Assembly (NCBI GenBank): GCA_964019425.1
Contig: OZ025803.1
Coordinates: 620,001-684,000, forward strand
Source of the DNA: Flectonema sp. DT1601
Taxonomy: Eukaryota
DNA length: 64,000 nt
Direction: 5' to 3'
The notes under the pieces: generated by a model
Database searches by the model: none
What the model saw: only the letters and a program-made list of their open reading frames with translations
What the model was told of the DNA's origin: nothing
In this document: positions 12,201-23,578 of the stretch, in pieces
Numbering within the stretch: position 1 is the first letter of the stretch
How the letters are laid out: each line of letters begins with the position of its first letter
Translations under genes and position numbers: made by a program

Positions 12201-12544
12201 TCATTGTGATGAGTTGATAGAACTGTGAGTAAAGCAATCTCTAACCATTCTCTTAGTTGTGTTTCAGAGTACTCGTCGACACCTTCTTCGAATCCAGATA
12301 ATACTTTTTTCAACGCTTCTTGGCATTTCAACCCTGACCCCTGCCCATCACGTGCCTTCAGTAGGGTCACTTCAACAGCTCTTGACGCCACTGGCATTAC
12401 TTTTGCGTTTCCTGACTTTGCCTCCCCGCCCATCCATTCCAACAGTTCTGCGAGGTCCTCTCCAGGGAGAGAGTGTAGATGACCGAATACACTGCCATCT
12501 ATCCCAGCATCTATAAGCTCATTACCGAGCTCACTGATGTCCAT
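9287..12544 (-). CDS. SYMPK: Symplekin-like protein (cleavage/polyadenylation scaffold). Exons 9770-12544, 9591-9671, 9453-9518, 9287-9355
   Basis: C-terminal region matches the Symplekin_C pattern (PIPIVFMRTVLQAV..HPNLLSYI...LYQKLIW). Three in-frame GT-AG introns (9672-9769, 9519-9590, 9356-9452) continue it as ILWRGLLKLITDHQPKTLDTLLLLPEK, which resembles the symplekin 'vWeGF.kC....p.sf..LL.LP' segment. Confidence 0.8.
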
Positions 12545-12877
12545 TTTGAATCAAATGGCTGTTTGAAAAAGTAAAATACAAAATATTCTTGAAAACGTCC
12601 TAACCAATACATTCTCATCGATCACAATCTAACAGACGGGAAGTAAATTCACACAAGAGGATCAGATTTACACTATCACTAAGCAGATTACCATCATACG
12701 GAGGCTATGAGCACTCTTCACATATTGGTTAGATTGTGACGCATGTATAGCATCTGCTGTTCTCCTCTAGATTTCGTAACGTAGACACACAATTCATTCT
12801 TTTAAAAGACACTTCTTCAGTGGACAACCGATAAAGTAAAACCCATTACCACAGCTAGATTGTTATTCCGTCGCTTA

Positions 12878-14806
12878 CTAAGTCGTCTCATTAAAATCAA
12901 CACAAATAGGAAGATGGTCAGAAGGGAATATCAGTGATGGGATACCTCCTCCTTCAGATCCAAGTACCTCACGAGGAGGTTGTGGGTGTACAGAAGAGAC
13001 TTCCAATGATGATGAGTGAAGTATGTAGTCAAGACGACCTGTAAATCCTGGTGTGTAGTTAGTAAACGTAAACTCTGGTGTAGCATCACTAAGAACGAAT
13101 GGAGTTACGATATCTGGACCATCACAAGGATCAGCAGTGGTCTTCTCTTCAGCGTCGACAACTTCACCTGACTCGAAATCCCACGCGGAAAAGTCAAAGT
13201 TTTGTGCATTCCACCACACCTGGTGAGACTTATCAAGGTTATTCATACAGTATCGGTGGGGTGCTGATTTAGGTTGAAAGTTTAAGTCTCCACAAAGCAC
13301 TATCTTAGCACCCTCTGCTGACTCTTCCCGAGCAATCTTCGCAGCAAAAGACATCAACACGTGTAGCTGAAGTACTCTGATATGAGATCCCAAAGGGTGA
13401 AACCAAAGATGAGTATTCGCTACAATGATTGACTTCCCTGTTTCAGTACATTTTAAGTGAGTTACTTGAGCTACTGTTGTCACCTTTTCAATGCAAGTTT
13501 TAACTTTTTCAAACTTGTTCAAATATTCGTATAAGTTCTCACAGCCTGGGATGTCTGTTGGAATATCCTTACCGAGACTAATGTCATGAGAGCTTTGCTT
13601 TGAAAATCTGTCTGTGTTCCAGACTGTTGATAAACCGTCTCTACTTTGACCAGTTTTCATGACATACACTCCATCGTGTTGTGGAAGATTCGGAAGTAAG
13701 TATTGAGAATGAATAGCATCAGACATTTCTTGAAAACAAACAATCTCTGGATCGTGTTCTTTGATCTCTCTCAGAATTCTTTGTTTTCTATAATCAGTTT
13801 CAATAGCAAGTGGATCAGCGTATGGATACATCGACTTACCAGTTGCGTATATGACTGTGGCACCTTCGTATAAAATATTGTAAGTCATAATACGAAGTAC
13901 TGAAGTATTCTTTAAAGGAAATCTTTGAAATCCAAGAGACAAATCATCTTTCGGAACGATGACTGCTCCGGAAATGAAAAACTTCGGTTGTCCGACCAGA
14001 TCACCTCTGCTCGGAACCATCATTGAGATTAACACCTTCCCACCATCATCAGATGTTGGTGTGTATGTGTCTCCTTCTGAGACTTGCGTAATATCTTTCT
14101 GAAGAACTTCTTGATAAGTTAATTCCTTCTTAACAATCTGTTTAGCTCCTCCTTTCTTCTTCTTTTTATCTTCGAGTTCCTCAGTTTGTTTTGGGTCTTC
14201 AGAAGTAAACCAAACAGTTTTAATATCGCACTGTTTCTGTTCTAATATTAAAATCTGTTGAGGTACTCCTGCTTGAGGAGTTCTTTCTAAATGAATTATC
14301 TTTGAAGGAATCTCAGGAGGGTCGTACAAAACATTATAATCCCAAGACTTGTCACCCTCTTCGATTCCTTTAATTCGCAATTTTTCCGCAGACTTCCAAG
14401 TGTCTGGTGAATTATTTGATTGCTGAGAATCAAGTGTTTCAGTTTTCGATAAAAGGCTCATAGAAATTCGTGGTGGCGGCGCTGATCTATCTACAACGCC
14501 TCCAGTTTTCTTCTTTTTTGGTGCCGGTCCTAAGAGAGCTACTTCTAATTTTTTTGCAACTCTTGACAAAGTTGATTCTACTGTTTCAATATCGTCTCTT
14601 ATGATCGTCAGCAGTGATTGTTTTGGATCTGAATTCGCAGTTCTGACGGTAAAATGATATCCATTTTCCCTCTTCCAAACTGAAACAGTTTCCTTTTGAC
14701 TTTCCTCAAATACTTTCAACTCTTCGAGACTCGATAGGTTCCTCGACATTGTTTTTAAAAATTTCCTGCTGATACGAGTTACTCGTAAAAGCGAATTGCA
14801 ACGCAT
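12878..14806 (-). CDS. PDE12: PDE12/CCR4-like EEP-family deadenylase / 2',5'-phosphodiesterase, probably mitochondrial
   Basis: EEP motifs RIMTYNIL, IVCFQE, VANTHL.FHP..SHIR, LCGDLN, FTNYT.GFTGRLDYI and PSDH. First ATG at 14806 gives an Arg-rich presequence-like N-terminus. Confidence 0.85.
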   Translation of the reverse strand: MRCNSLLRVTRISRKFLKTMSRNLSSLEELKVFEESQKETVSVWKRENGYHFTVRTANSDPKQSLLTIIRDDIETVESTLSRVAKKLEVALLGPAPKKKKTGGVVDRSAPPPRISMSLLSKTETLDSQQSNNSPDTWKSAEKLRIKGIEEGDKSWDYNVLYDPPEIPSKIIHLERTPQAGVPQQILILEQKQCDIKTVWFTSEDPKQTEELEDKKKKKGGAKQIVKKELTYQEVLQKDITQVSEGDTYTPTSDDGGKVLISMMVPSRGDLVGQPKFFISGAVIVPKDDLSLGFQRFPLKNTSVLRIMTYNILYEGATVIYATGKSMYPYADPLAIETDYRKQRILREIKEHDPEIVCFQEMSDAIHSQYLLPNLPQHDGVYVMKTGQSRDGLSTVWNTDRFSKQSSHDISLGKDIPTDIPGCENLYEYLNKFEKVKTCIEKVTTVAQVTHLKCTETGKSIIVANTHLWFHPLGSHIRVLQLHVLMSFAAKIAREESAEGAKIVLCGDLNFQPKSAPHRYCMNNLDKSHQVWWNAQNFDFSAWDFESGEVVDAEEKTTADPCDGPDIVTPFVLSDATPEFTFTNYTPGFTGRLDYILHSSSLEVSSVHPQPPREVLGSEGGGIPSLIFPSDHLPICVDFNETT

Positions 14807-15573
14807 AACAACAAAAAAAACCTGAGAAAACAACTTAATTTTTTATAAGTATAACTCAGGGGTAGTAATCTATCCATTCAATGATAAGAGCTTTGTTTGC
14901 TGAAAGAAAGAAAAATAAGAAGTAAAAAAAAAAAAAAAAAAAAAGATTTTTTGTCAAATTGTGAAAACAACGAATTAGAAACCATCATCAAGTTTTTCGG
15001 AAAGAGAAGGTTGTAGCCCCCCCTCTGACATTACTGTAATTATAAAATTAGGAGGTCTTGATAATTTTGAAAAAAAATAAAAAAAAAAAAGTACTCTGAT
15101 GCTGAGTAACTAAATAGCGTCATCTGTTTCTACAGAATAGTCCAAAGGCTCTTAAGAATAGAAGATTCAGACTTCAATTCAAGATTTAGGAATTCTTTTT
15201 TTGCTCGCCATGTGTATTTTATAATTACAGTTACTAAGTTTTTGTTTCCCTTCCTTTTTTTTTTTTTTTTTTTTCTTGCACCATAGTATGTATCTCGCCC
15301 AAAGAGAGCCGAATAAGTCAAAGCACATTTATCTGCAAGAAGTACCGTGTGCTGCCGCTGCACCGAAAGAGGTGTAGTCGAAGGAAGAAGGCGGCACGGC
15401 AACAGCAGTAATAAAAATCATAATTAAAAAAAAAAAAAAAACTAAAAAAACAGAACAAAAAAAACTAACGAATTGGTGGATAGGAATTATACAAGGACAA
15501 CAATGTTTTTTTTTTTTTTTTTTTTTTCCCTCTTCCGCTGCCTTCATTTTTTTTCTGCTAAAGCTAATTATTA

Positions 15574-17693
15574 TTATGAATCACGTGTTCTAACCTTGGC
15601 TATCACTGACAAGGCGCGCTTTTCAACAGCAGTGTGAGCTGCCTGTAGCTGTGAGTAGTCCGAAGATGATTTTGTAGATGATAGCATTCTTCTTAATTTA
15701 TTACAAAGAGCCAGAAGAAATGCACACTCGTCATTAGAACTGGGTGACGGTGATGTTATCTTCTCTAGAGAAGCAGTAATATCCGAGCAAGACTTCAGTC
15801 CAACACGCAGCATTTGAACAACTTCTGCAGTCTGAAGACCCCTGTGATCTGGTAGGGGGATTAGTGCTGCTCCAGAGCCTCCGTCACCACGTAAGTCTCC
15901 AATCAGTCTTCTGTTTTCAAGTTTTAATTTTGAAAGCTGATCCTTCAGGCTGCCAGTTGTTTCCACAAATGTTTCATTTTCCTGCTGTAAACTTTTTATT
16001 TCCGCTTCCTGTTTTGCCTGAACACCCCTGGCCTTTGCTACTTCATTCTGCAACCACTCACTATCCCCTTCTTGTTCTGCTACCTTCTCTCGTAGTGCTT
16101 CTAACTCAGTTTCCTGTTTGACATTTGTGAGCTTGCAGCTTTCTAACTCTGTTTTTCCAGTGTCTAGGTGCTCTTCAGTTTTTTCCAACTCACTCATTAA
16201 GACTTCAACTCGACTCTGAAGTTGAGATATCGACTGTTGCTGCTCACGGATCTCTCCGTCCTTTGATTCTGTAATCTCTTGTAATTGTTGTTCTTTGAGC
16301 TCTCTCGTAGATGCTATTACTTCTTGTTCTGTCAATCGCTGTATTGTATTGTTTTGTTTACTATTGGTCGGTGAATAATAATTATAAGATAAAATAGAAT
16401 GCAACAACAAACCTCTTTTTCAATATCAGAAAGTGATTTCTTCAGCCCATCAATGGTGGAAGCAGCAGCAGCGTTTGTTACATTCATTTGAGAAATTTCA
16501 GTAGACGCGGTATCAAGTTGTTGAGACAGCGATACCTTCTCCGCTTCTAACGATGCTGATGTTGCCGCGCGAAGCTCCAATGCTGAGAGCTGTGCACGAA
16601 CAGCTGCCAAGTCATTCGCTTTCACCTCAAGAAGAGACTTCGCAGAAGCATAGTCATGTTCTAGAGTCATTATTTTATCATGATGGGTCTTCTCAATATC
16701 TTGGATCCGAGAGGCAGAGGTAGAATTGGCTTTTTGCGCGACTTCCAAATCTGATTTGAGACGCGCGATATTCTCTTTAAGTGAAGCACACTCCGTAAGA
16801 CTTTTATCAAACTCTTTACGAAGATCAGCATCCGATGAGGAAGTAGTTGCTGGTGTAGCACCAGAGTCAGCTAGTTGACCTCTCAGGTCATCAACTAATC
16901 TTTGGGCAGCAATTCCTCTTCTCTGAGAGTCTGCAAGCTCTGCTTGTAGCAAAGCTTCCCGTGAAACAGCTTCTTTTGCCCTACTCTCTGCTTCGTGTAG
17001 TCTGTCAAGAACGCTGTTATCTACGCTGCTTTTCATTTTATTTAACTCACCTGTGAGTTTTAGTGCTTCTGTCTGTGCTTCCTTTCTAAGTGATTGTTGG
17101 GTCGCAACGAAGCCTTCCAGCTGTTCAATTTCTTGTTGTAATTTCTCATTCCGGTCGCTGAGTGAATCATTTATAGATGAGCCGCCTTGATTTCCTTTCA
17201 TTGCTTCCAGTTCTAGTGCTTGTCGGTTTGATTTACGTGTGAGAGTTGCTATCGTTAGATCTTTTTCTTTCATTTCAAATTCAGATCGGAGTGTATTCGT
17301 CATTGAGATGTCAGATTGACCTCCTTCATCATTATCAAGACGTTGTATAAAGTCTTTATAGAATGTTTCCTTTTCTCTGTAATCATCTCTAGCGTCAACG
17401 TGTATCTTTTTTAAGTCATCCAACTCTTTCCTAAGAGAGATACATTCAGTTAACAGTCGCTCTCGTTCTTCTGCTTCAGCCTCGCCTGTTAGACGTAGCT
17501 GCTCATTTCGTTCAGTCATGCGTTCTACTTCAGCCTTCAAATCATTAACTTTTTCATCATACTCTTCAGCCAGTTCTATTATTTGAGTCTCTAATCTTGC
17601 TTCTCTTGTCACACCGAAACCGTTTTCTGGTAGTAATGCGGCTGTCTGAAGTGCCTTGTGACCGAGTGGTTCCGGCCATTCATTATCTGACAT
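15574..17693 (-). CDS. Long coiled-coil protein of unknown function. Exons 16413-17693 and 15574-16338
   Basis: Two ORF-track entries are joined in frame by a 74-nt GT-AG intron (16339-16412), giving ...DIEKE|RLTEQE.... Heptad-like E/L/K/Q/S-rich composition. Confidence 0.8.
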
Positions 17694-18354
17694 TCAGTGC
17701 TGTGTCTGAAAAGTATAAATATCAACATTCTCAGAGGCAATGAATTGGTTTTCATGCAGCATTCTAAGGGGAAAAGTGAAACATCATTTTGTTTCTTTTT
17801 TTTTTTTTTTTTTTTTTTGAAGTCGAAACCACTGGGGAAGCACACGGGGTACCAGTAATTCGGTACTACAACTCTCACAGGTGAGAAAAGACGTCCCCAA
17901 GTGACTGACTACTAAGACCCACTGTACGGGGCAGGCAGTGAAGGGAGAACACACCGCCATTATATTATGAAAGGTGTGCGGAAGGGGGGGGGTACATTGA
18001 TACTAGAATTATATCTCACTTGAATCAAAGCAAGAACAGTAATTATGGTTCAGCTAAAATACCTGGTAGCCAAGTTTTAAAAAAACAAAAGCTGGAAAAT
18101 CTAAAACCGTCAAAGGAAGGGAAATATGAAATAAATAAAAAATAAAATAATCTATTTTTGGTTAGCACTAACTAGGTTATCGAACCTATCGATAATATGG
18201 TAAGGATATTATGGTTTACGGGATAAAAATCAAAATTTCAAGAGTTTTTAAATCTTAACCCGATTCATGCATCTAGGCGATGAAATAATAAATTATAATA
18301 ATATTATATATCTAATAAAAAAAAAAAAAATAAATAAAAACTTATACATTGCGT

Positions 18355-19077
18355 TTACAAAGTGAAATAGATTGGTTCATTTTCAGCAGAGTAATCTTCA
18401 TCACAGATAGCAGCGTTTATAAAAGATGTGTCATCAATTACTTTAGTACCATAACCTGAATGACAATGACCAAACACATGATACTTTGGTTTGATTCTGT
18501 CCAGAACTTCAGTACGTAATTCTGAACAACCAAATCGTTTTGCTGTTTTAGAATCAGACGAATCTAATATTTTATAAGGAGGAGTGTGTGAAATCAACAC
18601 CGTCGTGTCTGAAGGAATTTCACTGAACTTCTCCTTCCTTTCAGGTCCACGCAGCATAAACGCCCAGTCGGAAATAATTGGTACATACGGAGTACCGAAG
18701 AACTTTATTCCCATAACCTCAGTAGCTTCGTGATCTAAGTAAACACATCCAGGAATGGATGTTAATTCTTTGATGAATATTTCTGGATCGCAGTTGTTTT
18801 TAATGTTATTCAACATCGCTGGCTTGAATTCAAATTTTTGCAACCGTTCCTGAAATCTTTTCTTATCCAGAGTTAATTCATGATTTCCCGGTACAACAAT
18901 TTTATGCTTATATGGCTGCTTTGCAAGCCACTCCGCAAACGAAGTGATTTCTTCTCTCGATCCCCTTAAAGTGAAGTCTCCTGAATGAATCAGAATATCA
19001 CCTTCTTTGAGAACTAATTTCTCATGAAAGGTGTGAGTGTCTGAAATGCAACAAACTCTAATCGCGTTGTCTGACAT
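18355..19077 (-). CDS. Calcineurin-like metallophosphoesterase (MPPED1/2, 239FB-like)
   Basis: Motifs CISDTH, ILIHSGDFT, VPGNHE, LISHTPP, HVFGHCH and FINAA. Confidence 0.9.
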   Translation of the reverse strand: MSDNAIRVCCISDTHTFHEKLVLKEGDILIHSGDFTLRGSREEITSFAEWLAKQPYKHKIVVPGNHELTLDKKRFQERLQKFEFKPAMLNNIKNNCDPEIFIKELTSIPGCVYLDHEATEVMGIKFFGTPYVPIISDWAFMLRGPERKEKFSEIPSDTTVLISHTPPYKILDSSDSKTAKRFGCSELRTEVLDRIKPKYHVFGHCHSGYGTKVIDDTSFINAAICDEDYSAENEPIYFTL

Positions 19078-22000
19078 TGTTAACTGTATTGAGTTGCTGT
19101 TAAAAAAAATAAAATATTTTTTTAAAAACTATTACTAAAAAGAAAAAATATATATAAAAAAGTTTATTACCTTACATTATTCAGACAGCAGAATAAACTT
19201 ATGCAGTGCTTGTCGAACTGACCCAACGAACAGAAAAAAAAAGCGGAGTAAAAGATATTCGTCGAAGTCGCGAGGGAGATATTTTGCACTCGAGTTTCAA
19301 CTTGAGAGCGTAATAGTAACATGATGAGACTGCAGCTAAAGAACGTTTTATTTTTTTCTGGGGGGAATTCAAACCGAAATTCGACGCACACCCTACAGCA
19401 CTCTGTGGAGCATTTTTTTTTTTTTTGTCAAATTCCAGACCAGCTTCGAGCTAAAACAACAAAGATATATAAGACGATTAACACCTCAAATACCTACGTG
19501 GATAACCCAATAAAAAGCTTCACACTAAGTCCCAACATGAATCAACAGACAAGATTCAATAGAAGTAGTAAACTCCCTCTGAATTACATTTATAACTGAT
19601 CAAGGGAGGGGGATGAAGGGGGGGGGTTGGTAAACTATGATAAATACTGTTAACCTTTCAAGGTTTTGCAACTGTGAACGATCCCCAGTAGCCCTGTTGG
19701 GATATGATGCTGATCATATTAAAATGACGACAAAAGTGAGGAACGGATTGCTACTAAACTTCAATAGTTGTAATCACACACATCATTAATAAAAAAAGGT
19801 TTCCACAGCAGGAGAGCTTATGCTTTTTTTCTACCTGATGAATTGATTACAACAAACAGTTCACAACAATGGACAGCTCAGGACCAAAGAAGAATTCCCA
19901 GCTGTGTTTCTTTCTCTCACTGTTGCGAAGCCATCACTATTCCTCGTGGAGGGGGGTGAAAGAACAAAAACAAAAAAAACTAAAAATATCCAAAACAAAG
20001 AATTGATGATGATGGCTGTATTCCATGTTTTGTATAATTCACTTGCTAATTGCGTAAGCGAAAAAAAATTCTTTTCAAAAAAAAAAAAAAAAAAACTAAA
20101 AAAAATTAAAATTGAAAGGCGACGAATGTGTTTTTATGAATACAATAACACAACTCACTTCCAACCTTGTTTTTTTTAATATAATAAACCTTAGTGACTG
20201 ATTGCAATGGAAAAAAAAACAAAACGTTCTTTTGAAGAGCGCGAGTGAGGTGGATATAATACGACGAAAGAATCTATCTGAGCGAGTGAGGGGGGTGTTG
20301 GGAATTTCGTGCCTGCGAAAAAACAACATCAAGTTTAACATCTTGTCAAACAGAAACCTTGCGATGAAGGTGTGAGGATTGAAACTCAAGAGATCAAAAG
20401 CAATCAGCCAAGTTGGTAAAAAAAGGAGAAAAAGTCCACTCCGGAAACAATAGTTTCCCAGAGTAAACTGCACACAATAATCAAAATAACCCAACTTTTA
20501 GATGAAACAAGCAAAAAAAAAAAAAAACCATTCAGATTAACCTTATATTTCGTTGAACGCAGACAAAATCCTGTCGCACGGGGAAAATAAATCATGACCA
20601 TAAGAAATAATCGGTTTTCAATCTGAATAGTTTCTTCTCCGACTACGTCGGTACAAAAAAAAAAAAAAAAAAAAAGGGCGGGTTTTTTTTTTTTGATAAC
20701 TAACCCGCAGGGGTATTTTTCTAGTCCTACCGCTTGGTGGACGATAAGCAACAAGAGATAAAAAAAATACAAAAAAAAAAATATATAAATAACGCAAATA
20801 ATTGTATAAATAAAATTAAAAAGGAAGGGCGGGGAAATAGAGTGAACTATGACTTGTTAGAGTACAATTGAATGTGTCGCTCTAGGTGTGCTCACCGACT
20901 GAACACTAAGCCAGCAGAAGCGGCTGGAAACGTTTCTTAAGTATATCCACACCTGAGGGAGGTAACGAGTTCATTCTTTAGTTTATGCAAGGAGCTCAGT
21001 TCGTTTAGTCAAGGAAGTCAAAACTTCTGGGGAAGCCTCGTAATTCGATACTACAACCATGACTCTCTCACAGCGAGTAGAAGGCATAAGTTAACCAGAA
21101 GCGACGATCCAAACCCACCGCAAGCACGACGCAGGCGGTGTTTAAAAGAATAGAAGTACATTGCTACAAAATAGCATCCCTTGGATGAGGGTATCCGGGA
21201 GACAAAAAAAAAAAAAAAAAAGAAAAGTCATTCACATTTTGATAAGATTGTTAAGAAAATAATTTATGGCTGAACGAACAGATGTCGCTCACTCCTAGTT
21301 TGTTGCACATTAGCAACAATTAAGTCCTACAATCAGAAATTGTTTGAGGAAATAAAAAGTTCGTGTCATTCGCAGACTCATTTTTTATTTGAGATTAAAT
21401 TGATTGTGAGACCCATCAAAAGATCATCGCTGGCGTTTGAGCATCAAAAACAAGACAGCTTTTTGCTATAGTTAGATTGTTAGCTTTAACTTTGCTTGAA
21501 GACGTGATTTGTAGCAAAGAATAATCGTGAATTCCGTGGTTATCTTGGGGTGTTTTCTTCTTAATCAAAGTTATGAAGGTAGGGAAACGCTCGCATTAAA
21601 AACAAGTGACATATCTTTGCCTTGAAAGAAAAAGAATTAAAAAAAGAAAAAAAAAGACAAACAGTCACTGCCCTATTTTTTTCAATAATATTGCTAAGAA
21701 GGAAAGCACGTTTTTTTGACTACCAAAGGCGCACAGCTTCTACAAGCAAAACGCAATATAAAAGAAAAAATAAAATCGCAAAAGAAAAGAGAGAGAGAGA
21801 GAAAAAAATACAAAAAAAGCGCATCATACCACTTTCCATATTAAAGAGGTTTATTAAAGAAAAGAGGGTTTTCATTGGAAGGTGGTAGTTTCTTGACAGT
21901 GTAGAAAAAAAACAGTAAATAAACTTTAAATACCCAAAAGAATAAGTAAAAAGGTTTAAAAACTATCTTCCAGCATGTGAAAGCAATTTCATGCTTTCAT

Positions 22001-23578
22001 TTTTTTTTTATTTTTTTTTTTTTTTTATTAAACCACAATTTGTCAAAAAAAATTATATATTACACTTGTACAAAAACAAAAAATAAAAAAGTTAAGTATA
22101 AGTATCGGGAAATCGTAGGTGTTTTCCTACGTATTGACGTACAGATTAGGTTCTGTTGTTACTATTCCGTTCTCTCCTTTTGGGTTAAGCAGATTCACCT
22201 GGCTTCATCGTCATGAATCTGACTGGGGGACAATGACGATCACCATAATCCACATTGAAACATCAACAAAATACAAAGGAAGAGTCGCAACAAAAAAGCA
22301 TCGGATTTTGTTGAAATAAATAAAATAATAAGAAGAAGAAGAAGAGGCATGCCCCCCCCCCATTCTCAGAATATTTTTTTTCACTAAAGTCTGACAATTT
22401 ATTGCCATGACTGTGAGAGAAGCAGCAATACACGACTGAAGCAACACTGACGAGTCTTTTTTTTCTTCGATGAAAAGGAAAAAAGTGTTTTTAGTTTTTT
22501 GCTTTTCAGTGTTCAGCTTCCGTGAAAAAAAATATTCTCATTACCTACGCATTAAAAAAATAAATAATTACACGCATGAAAAAAAAACCCGCGTATTTAA
22601 ACATGGGATGTGTGCATTTAGTAGCAAAGTAAATAAAACAAAAAAAAAAAAAAAAAAAAATTAAAGCAGCGAAGGGAAGAAGGTAAAAAAAATAGTAAAA
22701 ACAAAATTAAATATCAAAGCATTTGACTTAAAAATACTTGTAGTTGTTAATCAAAGAAAAGGTAACATTCAGAAAAAATATAAAAATAAAAAAAGGGAAA
22801 TATATATTTTCTTGTCTTATTGGCCAGAAGACATTGTCGAATCTGGTAATTCGGAGACGGCGTACTATCAGGAAGAGCGTCCCATTGCCCTGTAGTCAGT
22901 TATAACCTTACACTTAAACAAAGTTAAAAAAAAGAAATAAACACTTCTTATTATAACGTTTCGTTGATAATTTAAAGTTCATTTATGAAGACAACCTTAT
23001 GCACTCATATGTGAGGCTATATCACATTTTGTAATGTCGCAACCATTGCAGAGTCACATATTTATCTTTTAGAGAGATCGTTTGCAGAGTTTAGACGGTT
23101 CATCTGAACTGACCGATCTTAATATTTTCTCTGACAGTTCTCTTATCTTGTTGTAAACTCGTTGTTGTCATTCCGTTGTTATTTTATCAGTTTCTGATGT
23201 TGACGTTCGAGTAGGCAGTTAGTGAAGTTTCAGAGCCATCTCTGTCTTCAAGAAGGGAAGAAGGGGAGGGAAATGTTTTTTTCCCTTCTGAAGAGGCTCC
23301 ATGTCCGAAGTACATGTCTGGACTGGGCGACCTAACAGAGAAAAAACAACATCTTCCCAAGAAAGAAACTGACGCAGGCTGGCTTTGCAGCAATTCGAAT
23401 ACTCAATCGCGAAAAAGAAACAAATCCAAAATATAAAAAAACATCGTACAAAAGAAGAGTCTCTTCGCATTGTCGTTTATTGTGACTACCTCTGAAGTGA
23501 ATAGCAACTACAGGAACTGATCAAACAGTTTTCCCGAAGTATGTTTCAGAAGTATAAAGTAATCATCAATTCAGTTCT

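Noticed and set aside
20655..20695. A(n)GGGCGGGTTTT, also found in the opposite orientation at the retroelement 3' flank (about 55442-55462)
   Set aside because: Low-complexity match in a homopolymer-rich genome; not enough to call a target-site motif.
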